Shown here piece by piece: positions 11,400-23,300 of a DNA stretch of 64,000 nucleotides. Position 1 is the first letter of the stretch. Every line of letters starts with the position of its first letter. The position numbers were made by a program, and so were the translations under genes. The notes under the pieces are model-generated. The model saw only the letters and a program-made list of their open reading frames with translations. It did not search any database and had not been told where the DNA came from. The stretch is from Haliotis rubra (Eukaryota), in contig NW_025767455.1 in assembly GCF_003918875.1 (NCBI RefSeq), positions 310,001 to 374,000 of the forward strand, read 5' to 3'.

Positions 11400-13049
11400 G
11401 GTGTGTTTATACACAGACACACGTCCCTTTCTTGGTCGTTGTTCAGAAGGTGTCCGTCTCTCCACCTGTTCTATTAAACGGATGCTTGAAACACGCCTCC
11501 TTATTGTTGTTCCACCACACCTTAACGGTACATGTACAAGCGGGTTATGAATCCTCTGATACAGCCGGAATGTGTGTTGGTGCTATCAGCATTAGTTGCC
11601 CTGATTGTACAGTTCACTATCAGTGTCACAGTTGTCGCTATCTTCATACAGTGTACATGTAATTATATTGTATTATATTACTTTGTATGCACTGTATGCT
11701 ACTGGGTGTACTGTAGTTAGTTGTCTCAAGTGCCCAAAGTCTTTTGATTAGCAAGTCGTCTTCAAATAAACATCTTTCAGGCAACATATCTGTGTTTCTA
11801 GCTGAACACGTATCACTGAAGATAAAGAAATAAATATTGATGTTTCATTATCAAATGTTTTCATTTTTTATCATCAATTATGTTATTTCGGTTTGTTGAA
11901 ACCCATGGCTAAACTATACAGAATATAAGGGATATGATTTTGTCTCACAAGTATGAAACCATAACAAAGGAGAAAGATCTTGTCCTTTTTGCTGAAAAAG
12001 GGAGAAAGTATATCTCACAAGGATATAACTATTACTAAAGGCGAAAGGACTTCTTGGAGTGGCATTTACATATTGGTGTGATGTACAAGTGGGATAGCTC
12101 TATGGATATACAACTTCTCTGTTACAACATATGCGAGGTTTCGGCGTATATGCTAGCGCGTTGTTTTATATCCATGGAGCCATATCCACCCATAGCCATT
12201 GCTATATAAATTGTGTCTCACATGGCTAAACCTAAACCTTGTCTTACATGCAATTCTCGCTTCCGATATGATTTCAACGTAAGGATGCGAAATAGATATC
12301 GAATGCAAATCTCAAAACGTTTTCAAAGTCATAATTGATACATTGATACATACTATTAAACTCAGCATACAACTTACATTGTTTCTTTTTCTAAACACAG
12401 ATATTTTTCCTTCATACACATTGTGACTCAATGTTTTCATTACTTCTTTTAAATCCATTAACACAGTAGGAATCGAATCTAAATCTTTTTGCTGGCAAAA
12501 TCCACCGTTATATTGAAGAGTTATCTAATTGTGTGAAATCATAATTAGCTAACGTCATGTAAATGAAGTGTAAGGGCAAGAATCATGGTTAAACGTAGAC
12601 TGAATAGAATGGTGAGTACTGTGCCCTGGGCACCACTTGAATCGGGATGGAGGTTTGCGTGTGCGTGCGTGCGTGTTGATAATTAATTGTCTTTGATTAG
12701 CATGGGCAAGAAGCACTTGAAGTTTGCATTTTTGTTCCATTCGATAATTATCAAAGAATGCGTAAATGTGTAATTATTAAAGAATGTGTAAATCGAAATA
12801 TGTTTTATCCATAATTTCTGTTGTTGCCATAGGCGCTATATTCATTAGATACGCCGCAGTCACATTGTTTTAGTTATATCATGGCTGCATGTAGCAAGCA
12901 TGTAGCCCTATCAGGCAGTCAGGTAACATTGACACTAACGCCTGACGCTTCCACTCATATGACAAGCAATTTTATTCTGGAGATTCTCTAAACTTGATTT
13001 GATCAAGACTCAGTCTGGGTATTCGTTTGCACTCGCTAACTCACTCACT

Positions 13050-13350
13050 GACTGGTGGTGTGTGGTTCTGTGCATAGAGCTCAGGTCACAATTCAGTTGA
13101 AGTTAAGCAACGTTGAGAGCGGAGACCATTTGGATGGGTGACCATGTTCGGCAGCTTGCCTCCTGAGAGTTTCTAGGACTTCAGTCCTGTTCCACAACGA
13201 AGCATATGTGATACCTTAGGCAATTGAGTTTGTTCAAAATTGTCTCTGTTCACCCAGCAGAAAATGGGTACCCAGAGGGATAAGTCATTTGACTATTAAC
13301 CTTCTAGCGTCTCACAGGCAGCTTGGATTATCCGGGGTAATAATAATAAT
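13050..13350 (+). mobile_element. 5S rRNA-related SINE-like element with CORE-like domain
   Basis: GAAGTTAAGCAACGTTGAG...TTGGATGGGTGACC (13099-13143) matches 5S box A/box C. Downstream GTGATACCTTAGGCAA...CACCCAGCAGAAAATGGGTACC resembles invertebrate CORE. Second copy ~34290-34590. Confidence 0.55.
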
Positions 13351-14219
13351 CACCCTCTGTATTGATAGGTACATGTCAGCGAGGGCTCTGTCCAGATGCC
13401 ATCCATATCAATTTCCGAAACATTAATTCTCTTATTCTGAAAAGCAGTTGACTAAATTCAGAAATAAGATTCCCTTTTTTAAAGTCAAAATGTTTGTGAT
13501 GAACTATAAAAACCGACCACTGCGAAAAAAATACAACTAACTATGTATATACATTTTCTCTTCTTGATAAGATGTTTTACTTAGCATATTTTAGCAATAT
13601 TTCCAGGTCATATTTTCAGTGCATTCAAATTTTCACGGCCTTTGCTTTTATTGGATATTAACTGAAAATCTGGGTTAGAACTGGTCTTCAGCAACCCATG
13701 CATGTCGTAAGGGGCGACTAACAGGGTGGTGTACGCAGGCTATCTGACTTGGTTGATATAATTATATCATCGTGTGAAGATTGCGTAAATCGATGCTTAC
13801 GTTGCCTATGAATGGATTGTCTGGTCCAGACTCGTTTATATACAGACCGTTGTCTTATCGCTGGAGTATTGCTGAGTGCGGTGTTAAACAATAAACATAC
13901 AAAAAGACACCCACATTGACTGTCCTAGTCATATAATAGTGACAAATGCGTCCATAAAATATTACTAGCAACATGCCCTCTCCTTTGGCAAGGCCAAACG
14001 GTCCGAATCTGGTGGAGCTTTGGACAAACACATACGCACAATTAGGTACTTGTTTCGAATCGAACCCGGATCTTCGGAGTGAGGAGCAAATGCTTTAACC
14101 ACTAGGCTACCCCACCGCCCCTATGGTACTTAGAAACCTAAGTCAACATAGACAAATGAAATGAACGATGCGATCCGATCCGATCCGATGCATACTGTTT
14201 AGACTTATATTACATGTCC

Positions 14220-15090
14220 CAGTGTGTTTAGGTGAATTATTGACCTGCGTTTGCATGACTTGTGTCTGTGACAGGTTCCACAGATGTACTGACCAGACCA
14301 TTACATGATGCACATCTGATGATCATAACCTTTTCTCAGCAGCACGAGAAGAACCGTCAAAGTACTAACATCACTATTTTTATGTTCTTAAACAAATAGA
14401 ATGTAAAGTATCCAGAGTTATCAATTGTGGATATGGTGATACCATGTTTTATTGATCAAAGGTATCCCATAGATGTTCAATGGGGGGCTAACACCTGAAC
14501 ATTGTTTTGCTGGAGGAAGTCCTGTCAAAACACGTGCAACGCGAGGTCGAGCATTAACCGTTGATGTTGATGAAGGGGACGACGTGACGTTGAACTGGTT
14601 TTCTCGCAAACAGTCTGGCTTCCCATAGCCAATTGCGCACTGTCTGGTCGGAGATTCGGCGCAGTCCAGGGATTTGGATTGTTGTGGATGATGCAGCCGT
14701 GGTGTTTGAATGAAGATGTCTCAACCGGATGTAGCGATCCTGTGCGGCGGTGGTAACTCTAGGTCGACCTGACCTGGGTCTGTCATTAACACTCCCAGTA
14801 TTGTTGTATCGGGTCCATATGTTTGAGATGGTCTGTCTGGACACGCTGAAGTACCTTGCCACCTCATGCTGCGATGCCCGTTCTTGTAAACGGCCGATGC
14901 CGCTGTGTCGTTGAGCTTCTGTCAGTCTGTTCATTCTCTTGTTGTCTATAGTGGCTTAAAGCAATGCATGTGGAGTTCCATTGATGTGTCTTTTTAAAGC
15001 CTACAGTCATAGGCTTCAGCTCAGGGTGTTACACAATTTCATGATTCACGTGCATTTCATGTAGGGTGCGTTTGAGCGATCCACTGCAGA
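14220..15090 (-). mobile_element. Tc1-like transposon remnant
   Basis: ORF 14554-14934 has the paired HTH, RPRSGRPRVTT and TVRN motifs. Duplicate at ~35620-36520. Boundaries approximate. Confidence 0.8.
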
Positions 15091-15204
15091 CGTTGTATGT
15101 TTGTGTGTGTGTGTGTGCGTGTGTGTGTATTTATGTGACTTAAAATCTTAACTCACTAACTCACATTTCGTATCTATGTGTTATAGAAGATAACATACAT
15201 TATA

Positions 15205-16227
15205 TACTGAACAACAAAAGAAAAGTTTTTAAATATAATACAACCAAAATTATGTCTAATGATTTATTCTATAGAAAATACTGTCACTTTAACAGCTGAC
15301 AGTGACTGTTGACATTGAATTGCAATAATTTCAAATTGATCACAGTCCGTCAAATGGAGATACCCCTGAACGCGAAAAGTGACAGTCTCTTTAGTAGCGC
15401 GTATAGCCATCTTGAGCTTGCACACAGGCCGTGCAACATCGCCTCATTGAGTTCACTAGAGTCTGAAAGAATGCCTGAGGGAAGTGGTTCCACTCAAACA
15501 CCGATCTCTGTTCCAACTGTACAAGTGAGAGTGGCTGTCTACCTGCAGCAATCATACGTCCAATGTCGTCCCAGAATGTTCAATGGGAGCCCTATCCGGG
15601 GAAAGAGACGGTCATGGAAGAACGTTAATGTTGCTCTGAGCCAGATAATCCATCGACACCCTTGCTGTGTGAGGGTTGTAGACGTCGCTGGACTTGTAGA
15701 TGTGTCAAAATTGGCCCCACATATGGCCGTCGGCAGTGGATTCCAGCAGCCCGTAGACGACGCCTAATCGTATCGCTGGACACTGCTCCCATTGACCCAT
15801 GAACTAAGGCTGCTGTTACTGTTGCTGCTTGAGTTCGGTACCATAGATGAGTGACCCGGATGAACCGATCTTGTGCATGAGTTGTCACTCGTGGTCTTCC
15901 GGTACGGGGACGATCAGCAGCAACCCCGGTTTGCTGATGACGTTGAGCAAGTCGTGTAATGGTGGTAAGATGATAGCCCTATTGCCTAGCTACAGCGGTT
16001 TGATGAGCTACCTCTGTGCAACTTTCCAATGACCATTCCCCTCTGCTCAGTCGTTAGTCTAGACCTCGTTTTGCTGTGTGCGAATGTTTCGTATGGACGT
16101 CAAATCGCATGACATCATCTCATCTGGGATCATTACGTCACTTTACTATAAACGTTCCGTAAACATGAACACCTTTCTTTATCAGATTTATTTTTTTCTA
16201 AACTTGCGTTTCTTTTGCTGTTCAGTA
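15205..16227 (-). mobile_element. Tc1-like element, internally deleted
   Basis: TIRs TACTGAACA(A/G)CAAAAGAAA, TA TSD, transposase fragments (QDRFIRVTHL, DTIRRRLRAAG). Duplicate at 36678-37692. Confidence 0.85.
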
Positions 16228-17384
16228 TATATGTTAGTGTGCAAAATTAATAACCTTTTAAGACACCTAGGCATTTTTGCTAACACTAACATGAATAATG
16301 ATTATTCTCTGATAACTTTAGCACAACCTTGTCTTTATGCGCTTGATACATTACAAACTCTGGTTATTGTAGCAACACTCTATATGGAATGCATGTATAT
16401 ATACTGTACACGAGCCTCTGGCCTTTATATTGTGAAAAAACACTATCTTAACTATCAATTATCAGTATGGTTATAACACTACAGACAGACTACACTGTAT
16501 ATGGTACAAAGTCGCATATGTGATAGATGGGAACCTACAAACCTCGAAACCTCGAGCTGATTACTAACACAGGTAATCATTTAGTGACGGTTGTCAAGGA
16601 CTGATAATCAGTACTATGTGCTGATGTCTTATCTGTTTAGTTGATAGTGACAACCAACAGTGACAACCCTGTTTGGGTCGAACTAGAAATCAGTCATTGT
16701 TTCAAACATGGAAGTGAAAATATGAAAACAACACACTAAATTTGCAAAAAAATTATTAATAGAAATAGGAAAGATGCATTTACAAATTATTACGATTGCG
16801 AGTGATATATATCTCATTTTCGTAACACTCTTTTTGTGTTCTGATAATGCTAAATCTAAAAGGTAGTACTTTAGCCACACTCAGATGGTTCTGCCGTTAC
16901 GCAGCGTACCCGACTATCTGTCTAATTACTATGACAGACACCCAAACAGTCACAAATTTATTGATCTACTGAGTGCGTACAATTCTTTAACTCTACGAAA
17001 TGTATCAGCATTTATATTCAATGCATTAAACTATAGAAAGACTGTCATGTCTTAACTGATTTATGTAAAATCCACGTTAATGATTGCTTATATTCTACCA
17101 TATGCATATTGTAAATGTACTACAGGTCTGTGGCCTCTTTAGTACTGAATAAACAGATTGGAGTGGATTGGACAAAGGGACGTAATTTATTTAAATAGTA
17201 ACTGGATTTCATGGCTTTTCACAACTCATATGTTTGTTGATCTTGTCTAACAGAACAATGCACTTTCAACAATTAATCAATATGTCCCTTTACTTCGTTT
17301 GTTTCAAATAAACACGTGTACAGTTCTTTGAAACTTGGGTCGTTGTGTCAATATTACTATTGCGACTGATGAAGGGGGAACAAT

Positions 17385-17870
17385 TATTGCGACAGCGATA
17401 GTCTATTGCAACATACTATTGCGACAGCGATAGTCTATTGCAACATACTATTGCGACAGCGATAGTCTATTGCAACATACTATTGCGACAGCGATAGTCT
17501 ATTGCAACATACTATTGCGACAGCGATAGTCTATTGCAACATACTATTGCGACAGCGATAGTCTATTGATACATACTATTGCGACAGCGATAGTCTATTG
17601 CAACATACTGTTGCGACAGCGATAGTCTATTGCAACATACTATTGCGACAGCGATAGTCTATTGCAACATACTATTGCGACAGCGATAGTCTATTGCAAC
17701 ATACTATTGCGACAGCGATAGTTTATTGCAACATACTATTGCGACAGCGATAGTCTATTGCAACATACTATTGCGACAGCGATAGTCTATTGCAACATAC
17801 TATTGCGACAGCGATAGTCTATTGCAACATACTATTGCGACAGCGATAGTCTATTGCGAACAAGTATTGC
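17385..17870. repeat. 32-bp satellite (TATTGCGACAGCGATAGTCTATTGCAACATAC), ~15 units
   Basis: Head-to-tail near-identical units without spacers. Confidence 0.95.
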
Positions 17871-18942
17871 AATAGGTTTTTTCTCCTTGAATTATCTCAT
17901 TTGAAGTCATTTCCCAAATGAATGCATAGGTTATATGAAATAAAAGCAAGTTGAAATAGTTTAAGTCTATTTTGATAACTGACAAGAAACTTGAAACCAG
18001 ATCAAGTAAACAGTTGAAACATAAACTCAATAAAGCTGCAAGTCTGCGTCCAAACATCCTGGGTTTTTTTGCGTTGCACATTTATCAACGGAAGTCAACT
18101 ACTAAACTATCGATAGCCACACATACTATCGATGCATTGACAATTTTTCGTTTCTACCATCGACTAATTGCCATTGCATCGATAGTTCGATGCATCGTTA
18201 CAGCCCTAATTACTGATACATAAATTAGAAGTTGGTTTCCTTATCCGGGATAGTGAGGGGCAGTCTAAAATGGATACACAGGGTACTTCATAATGATACA
18301 GGCAAGTGTTTTGGGGAAGGAGGAAGGCACAAAGATACCCTAACACAACCGCCAACTATCAAATATCTACATTCACCCATCTACCATAACGTTCATGTCT
18401 TTACCAAGGAACCTAAGTTAACATTGAGGATAACTTCCCAAATGGTAGTGTTTCTTTATAGAGTGATCAATCTCAGATCCCACAGTACTGTTCGGTTTGG
18501 TAGCGCTAGATAGTACCATGTGTGATTGATATTGCTTAATGATCATATCATTTCGTGAGTGAGTGAGTTTAGTTTTACGTCGCAGTCAGCAACATTCCAG
18601 CTATATGACGTTACTGAAGTTACTGAAGATCACTTCTAACCCGGATCTACACGGGTTCATTTCGTGAAGGCTAGTTAATAAATTCACCCGCGAATCACAA
18701 CATGAATAATTCCATTATCTTAAGTGTTTTCATGTTCATCTGATGTTGCTTGCTTGGTCCACAGGAACATCAGTAGCTGCGTCATGGCATTAAATGGCTG
18801 AAGTTTTGGATAAGTAAGAATTAGTTAGAGGAAGACGATTTGGATAAGTAAGAATAAGTTAGAGGACGAAGATTTGGATAAGTAAGAATAAGTTGGATTG
18901 TCCACCCAAGCTATCCGCTTTGAGGAGGAGGCATCTCTTCTG

Positions 18943-19582
18943 GGTGCCGTTCCACTAACCGATCTTAGCCCTACTCCAATCGTAAAGTTAAGATCCAGAG
19001 TCTAAGTTGCTCATGACCAACTTAGGATCGACAAAATCAATCGTAAAGAAACCAAAATGGCGGCTTTCATTATTCTATGTGAAGAAGAAGAGCGAGCATT
19101 ACACTGTGAGCGTGTTTTTCGAGACCGCTCACAGATTCTAGATGCATTATCAGATGATGTGATTTGGGCAAGGTACAGGATGCATCGTCACGCCTTGTTT
19201 ATGCTGATCGATAAGGTTCAGCCACATGGGTATGCCAAATACCCAGCGTTCACGCACACTTGCCCCTGAAACCAAAATGCTCTCTACCGTAAAACTGCTC
19301 TTTTTCGCTCGAGGTTTCTTCTCTTCATTTACACATGGTTCCAAAACTGCCTCCATCATCTGCTAGACTATGCAAAGGGAGATAACTCATGCCTTGCATT
19401 TTTCTATCTCTCGCACGAAAGAATCTCGATCTTAGCTACAATCGGATCGTAAGATCGGGATCGGCTACGATCGGCCTAAGATCGGTTAGTGGAACGGGCG
19501 TAACTTTTAGCAAAGACAATTGTAAAATTGGCGTTACTTGCTAAGATTGATCTTAGATAAGATCGGCTAGTGCAACGGCACC
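18943..19582 (+). mobile_element. Non-autonomous PIF/Harbinger element
   Basis: TIRs GGTGCCGTT(C/G)CACTA.CCGATCTTA and 3-bp CTG TSD. ORF 19057-19269 resembles the HARBI1-type transposase N-terminus (ERVFRDR..L..LSDD.I..RYR). Copies at ~40790-41402 and ~56039-56850. Confidence 0.8.
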
Positions 19583-19680
19583 CTGGTGACGTAGTAGGTG
19601 GGAACCAGGATTCTATCGTCAAGCTTGTTAGAACTTGCTAATTACTGTAATCTACATGCAACTGTTGTGACATACACACT

Positions 19681-20062
19681 GATATCTATGGAATACTGTA
19701 GGGACATTGTCGCGATCTCGCATTCTTGCGGTCTCGACCTTTGGAAACAAGCTAAAAATGCCCAAAGTGCGAGAATGCGAGATTGCGAGATTTGACTGAC
19801 TGACTGACTGAGTTTAGTTTTACGCCGCTTTTAGCAATATTCCAGCAATATCACGGCGGGGGACACCAGAAATGGGCTTAACACAGTGTGCCCATGTGGG
19901 GAATCGAACCCGGGTCTTCGGCGTGACGAGCCAAGCGAGATTTGACAGCATGTGCAAATGTCGCATTCTCGCGTTGTCGACTTTTGACAAAAAGTGCTAT
20001 GTACCAAAAAACACGAGAATGCGAGATCGCGAGAATGTCCCTTACAGTATTCCATTGATATC
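19681..20062. mobile_element. MITE with ~45-bp inverted termini, carrying a nested family A SINE
   Basis: GATATC.ATGGAATACTGTA(A)GGGACATT.TCGCGATCTCGCATTCT at both ends. SINE at 19798-19934(-) flanked by GCGAGATTTGAC TSD. Duplicate at 41501-41882. Confidence 0.8.
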
Positions 20063-20310
20063 TCAGGGTTATCTCATACTGTACTGAACCAAGTGATAAT
20101 GACACTCAACGATAACATCAATTGTTGATAGATGCAGAAGTAGAAGACAAACCTATTGTGTTGTACCTTTGGTGTTAATTTAAAACGAGTGGGGGGAAAA
20201 ATAAGGAGGTGCATATATGTTATCCATTTAGGTGGGCAAACCAGTATTACATTTCTGGACATCAGCAAACAGAGGAGGGGGTATCCAGCTGTCTACAACC
20301 CAAAAGCATC

Positions 20311-23300
20311 ATGTGGAGTTTGAGCTACATGCTTGTTGTGATTTTCTTGTTTGTTTATTTGTTTAAGGTAAGTAAATAGGTAACATTTTTCTGTTCGGTA
20401 TCAATGTCGAATGCTGTTTTTAATTTTTTAAATTGTGTACATCTAATTCTGCATCTAATCATATGCAAACCTCACTCCGCGACAGCCCAGTACCAGCAGC
20501 GGGCGTGCGGCTGTACATCTGCTGGAGTATCACAGGTCATCAGATACAGGATGCAAAGGAAGCTTGTTGTCATCTAATGTCTGTGACCTACTGTTCACCA
20601 TCTGTTTCCAAGGGTTGTCCGGCAAAGAGTAAGTCGTTTTACCACACATCAAAGTCTACTCTGAAGGCGAACAACTTTGACGTTCGATTAAATCCATTGT
20701 CTACAACCATTGAAAGAACATTTATGTTTAATGCATATAAACTATATAATTTAACACTGGTGAAGATGTACAATGGTGCAAAATAGAAGCTTTTCTTGTT
20801 AGGTACGGATTGAACATGTACCACTTTCGAGTTAAGATATGCCGCGCACAGGTCTCAGGTACATCATCATTCAGGCATTTCATCACATCACATGGAATCA
20901 GCACAGATCGTATATGATCCTCTATACATTTGAAGAGTGTGTTAGTTTCATGATTTTATCACAGTTCCTGCACAAAGACGAGTGACATGTACAAAGCAAC
21001 GAGGGATGTCAAATTTGGGACAAGCATTAATGGCGGGATAGCCAATCCCATCCTCAAGTCGTTCACTGCCTTACAGGTACATTTAATTAACTGGTCGTGT
21101 CGCTTAAAAGTCAGTAGTGAAGCTATTTAACTCGTGACATCTCATTTACACCTAAGATATTACCATGTTATGCATGTTACATTCTATGCATGTTTTAGCA
21201 TTAATGATTGGCTACAATACACAGTGTGTAAATTCAAACAACGAATCAAACTTAAATATGGTGTTCAGCAATCTGATTTTTCTTTGATGTTTAACGCCGC
21301 ACTCAGCAATATTCCAGCTATAGTTCTTAGAGAACCAAGATGATTCGTAAATATTGTCAAGAGTGAACCTATCTTGTCAGGCTCACACTGAACAGGCTGC
21401 AGTAGCCCCAGGGCAAATGTCGTATTTAGTTATTCATAATACCAAGGTTTGATTCCTTAAACGGATGTACCGTGTGATGCCTTTTGATGATGCCCTTCCG
21501 CCGTGATATCACTAGTGTATTTGTTACAGTGAATGTGTGAAACCAGGGATTTCACATAATCCCTAAAAGAGTCAGTGATTTCGTTAAATCCTTGTTACTC
21601 CCAGGGATTTCATGTATTCCCCAACATTTCAGGGATTTCATGAAATTCCTGAAATATTATCTCAGGGATTTCATGAAATCCCGGTAAGCCTTTATTGAAA
21701 TAGAGAACACCAAATTTATAATGCGAGTACAGAGTATATGCTGATGAAATTCATTTGTTTGGACACGATAGACTGTTATCATACAAGCTATTACACTTCA
21801 GTATCACTTTAAAACATTTACAACGTATCGATTTACATTGGTTAGGACCACAGTAACATTTCTGGAAACCCTGACCACCACAATTCTACTCGAAAAATCA
21901 CAGCTGTGTGGAGGAACAGTTCTTTGTCCATTGTCACATCATTCGTAGAGAGAAGACGCTGAGGACAAACATGAAATAAGTGCTTTGAAAAATACCTTTT
22001 CCTTCCCAATGGCCTAATCTGTTTATACTTAAACGTAATGGTGACTGGTCTTGATGTTTCACCAATATAGGATTCGCTGCAGTCGCATTCTGTCTGGTAG
22101 ACGACACCTGCAGGATCTGGCTTCTTTGCCGGGTGGGTCTGCCTGTGGCAAAGAAGCCAGATCCATTAGGATCAAAGAACACCAGGCCTCTGTAAGAAAA
22201 ACAGACTCTAAATCCTCCATAACCGACCACCTTAAAGCCAAGCCAACCCAAACCACAACATCAGTTGGAACACCACCACAGGCACCGAGAGGAACCAGCC
22301 TGATTTAAAAAACCCGAAAACTACTTGAAGCTGTCCACATAAAGAAGATTTGTCCATATGTCCAGCCATCAACAGAGATGAAGTATCTTTCATCTCCAAG
22401 GCCTATAATCACCTGCTCAATTAATTTCATGTAACCCTACTCAACCATTGTACAATATCCATTGTGTTACACTGTACATTATCCATTGTGTAAACATCAC
22501 TTCACTACTGGCTTCCCAACAGTCCCTTTATCACTTATGTAAACAACCTATGTATATCATTCCCTACTGGCTGCCCATCAACATCCTTAATCTCTTATGT
22601 ATACAACCATGTGCATGTTCTTTACTGGCTTCCTATCAACCTACTTAATCCTGTGTTATCAACCTCCCCTATTGTATAAACAACTCATTTTCGCCTCAGC
22701 CCTCATCTATTGTACAAAAATCTCATGTATATATATCACCCAAATTACTTCCCATGTAACGTCCAAACGTTAAACATCCAATTTCGTCGTCGTCGTCCCA
22801 TGTACCACTTGCTTGACAACGACATTAGAATCTATGTCGAAACGTCGCCTATATAGAATAAAGAAGTTGTATATCCCTAAAAACAGTCCTCATTCTTCAT
22901 CTACCCAACTTCTACAATGCCAATCAAAGAAAGATGTATACAAATTTGCAGTACGCTTTTTAGGAATATGAAGGCAGGTTTTGGCGGATAAAAACGATAC
23001 ACCTGGACAAGTTTACGCGAAATCCCTGGTTTCACACATTCCTTGTAACATATTAACGGCAAAAAATACCTACTCATGCACATTAAGACATGCAAAACGA
23101 GGATGATCGAGTGGAAACTACATCATACTGGTTAACAAAGTAATTAAACAGAAATTGTATTTGTTCAGACAGGTGCGGAGGTTGAGGTCAAAGTGGGTGA
23201 TGATTACTGGTTGTCATCAACACCTCTTCCTCTGGATGACTTGAAGATCCCTCTACCGCCGTCTCACAATGGTGCTACCGTCACGCTTACCAACAGCCAT

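Larger units (their letters stand above)
21522..23050 (-). mobile_element. Ginger-like DNA transposon remnant in gene 2 intron 3
   Basis: TGT...ACA termini, TIR TGTTACA..GAATGTGTGAAACCAGGGATTTC, 4-bp TATT TSD. Encodes a GGQGFQKC.C...C...RCKC...C.NK C-terminus typical of SCAND3/KRBA2-type integrases. Copy at ~43690-45919. Confidence 0.75.

Noticed and set aside
13099-13143. 5S rRNA gene
   Set aside because: Only the internal promoter segment matches; 5' and 3' parts and the terminator are absent.
17362-17385. Second hammerhead (CTGATGA at ~17366)
   Set aside because: No closing stem II or GAAA downstream.
17385-17870. CRISPR-like array (32-bp units; also 38850-39680)
   Set aside because: Units are contiguous with no unique spacers, there are no cas genes, and the context is eukaryotic: it is a satellite.
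20200-20209. Shine-Dalgarno TAAGGAGG
   Set aside because: Eukaryotic spliced gene and ~100 bp from the ATG.
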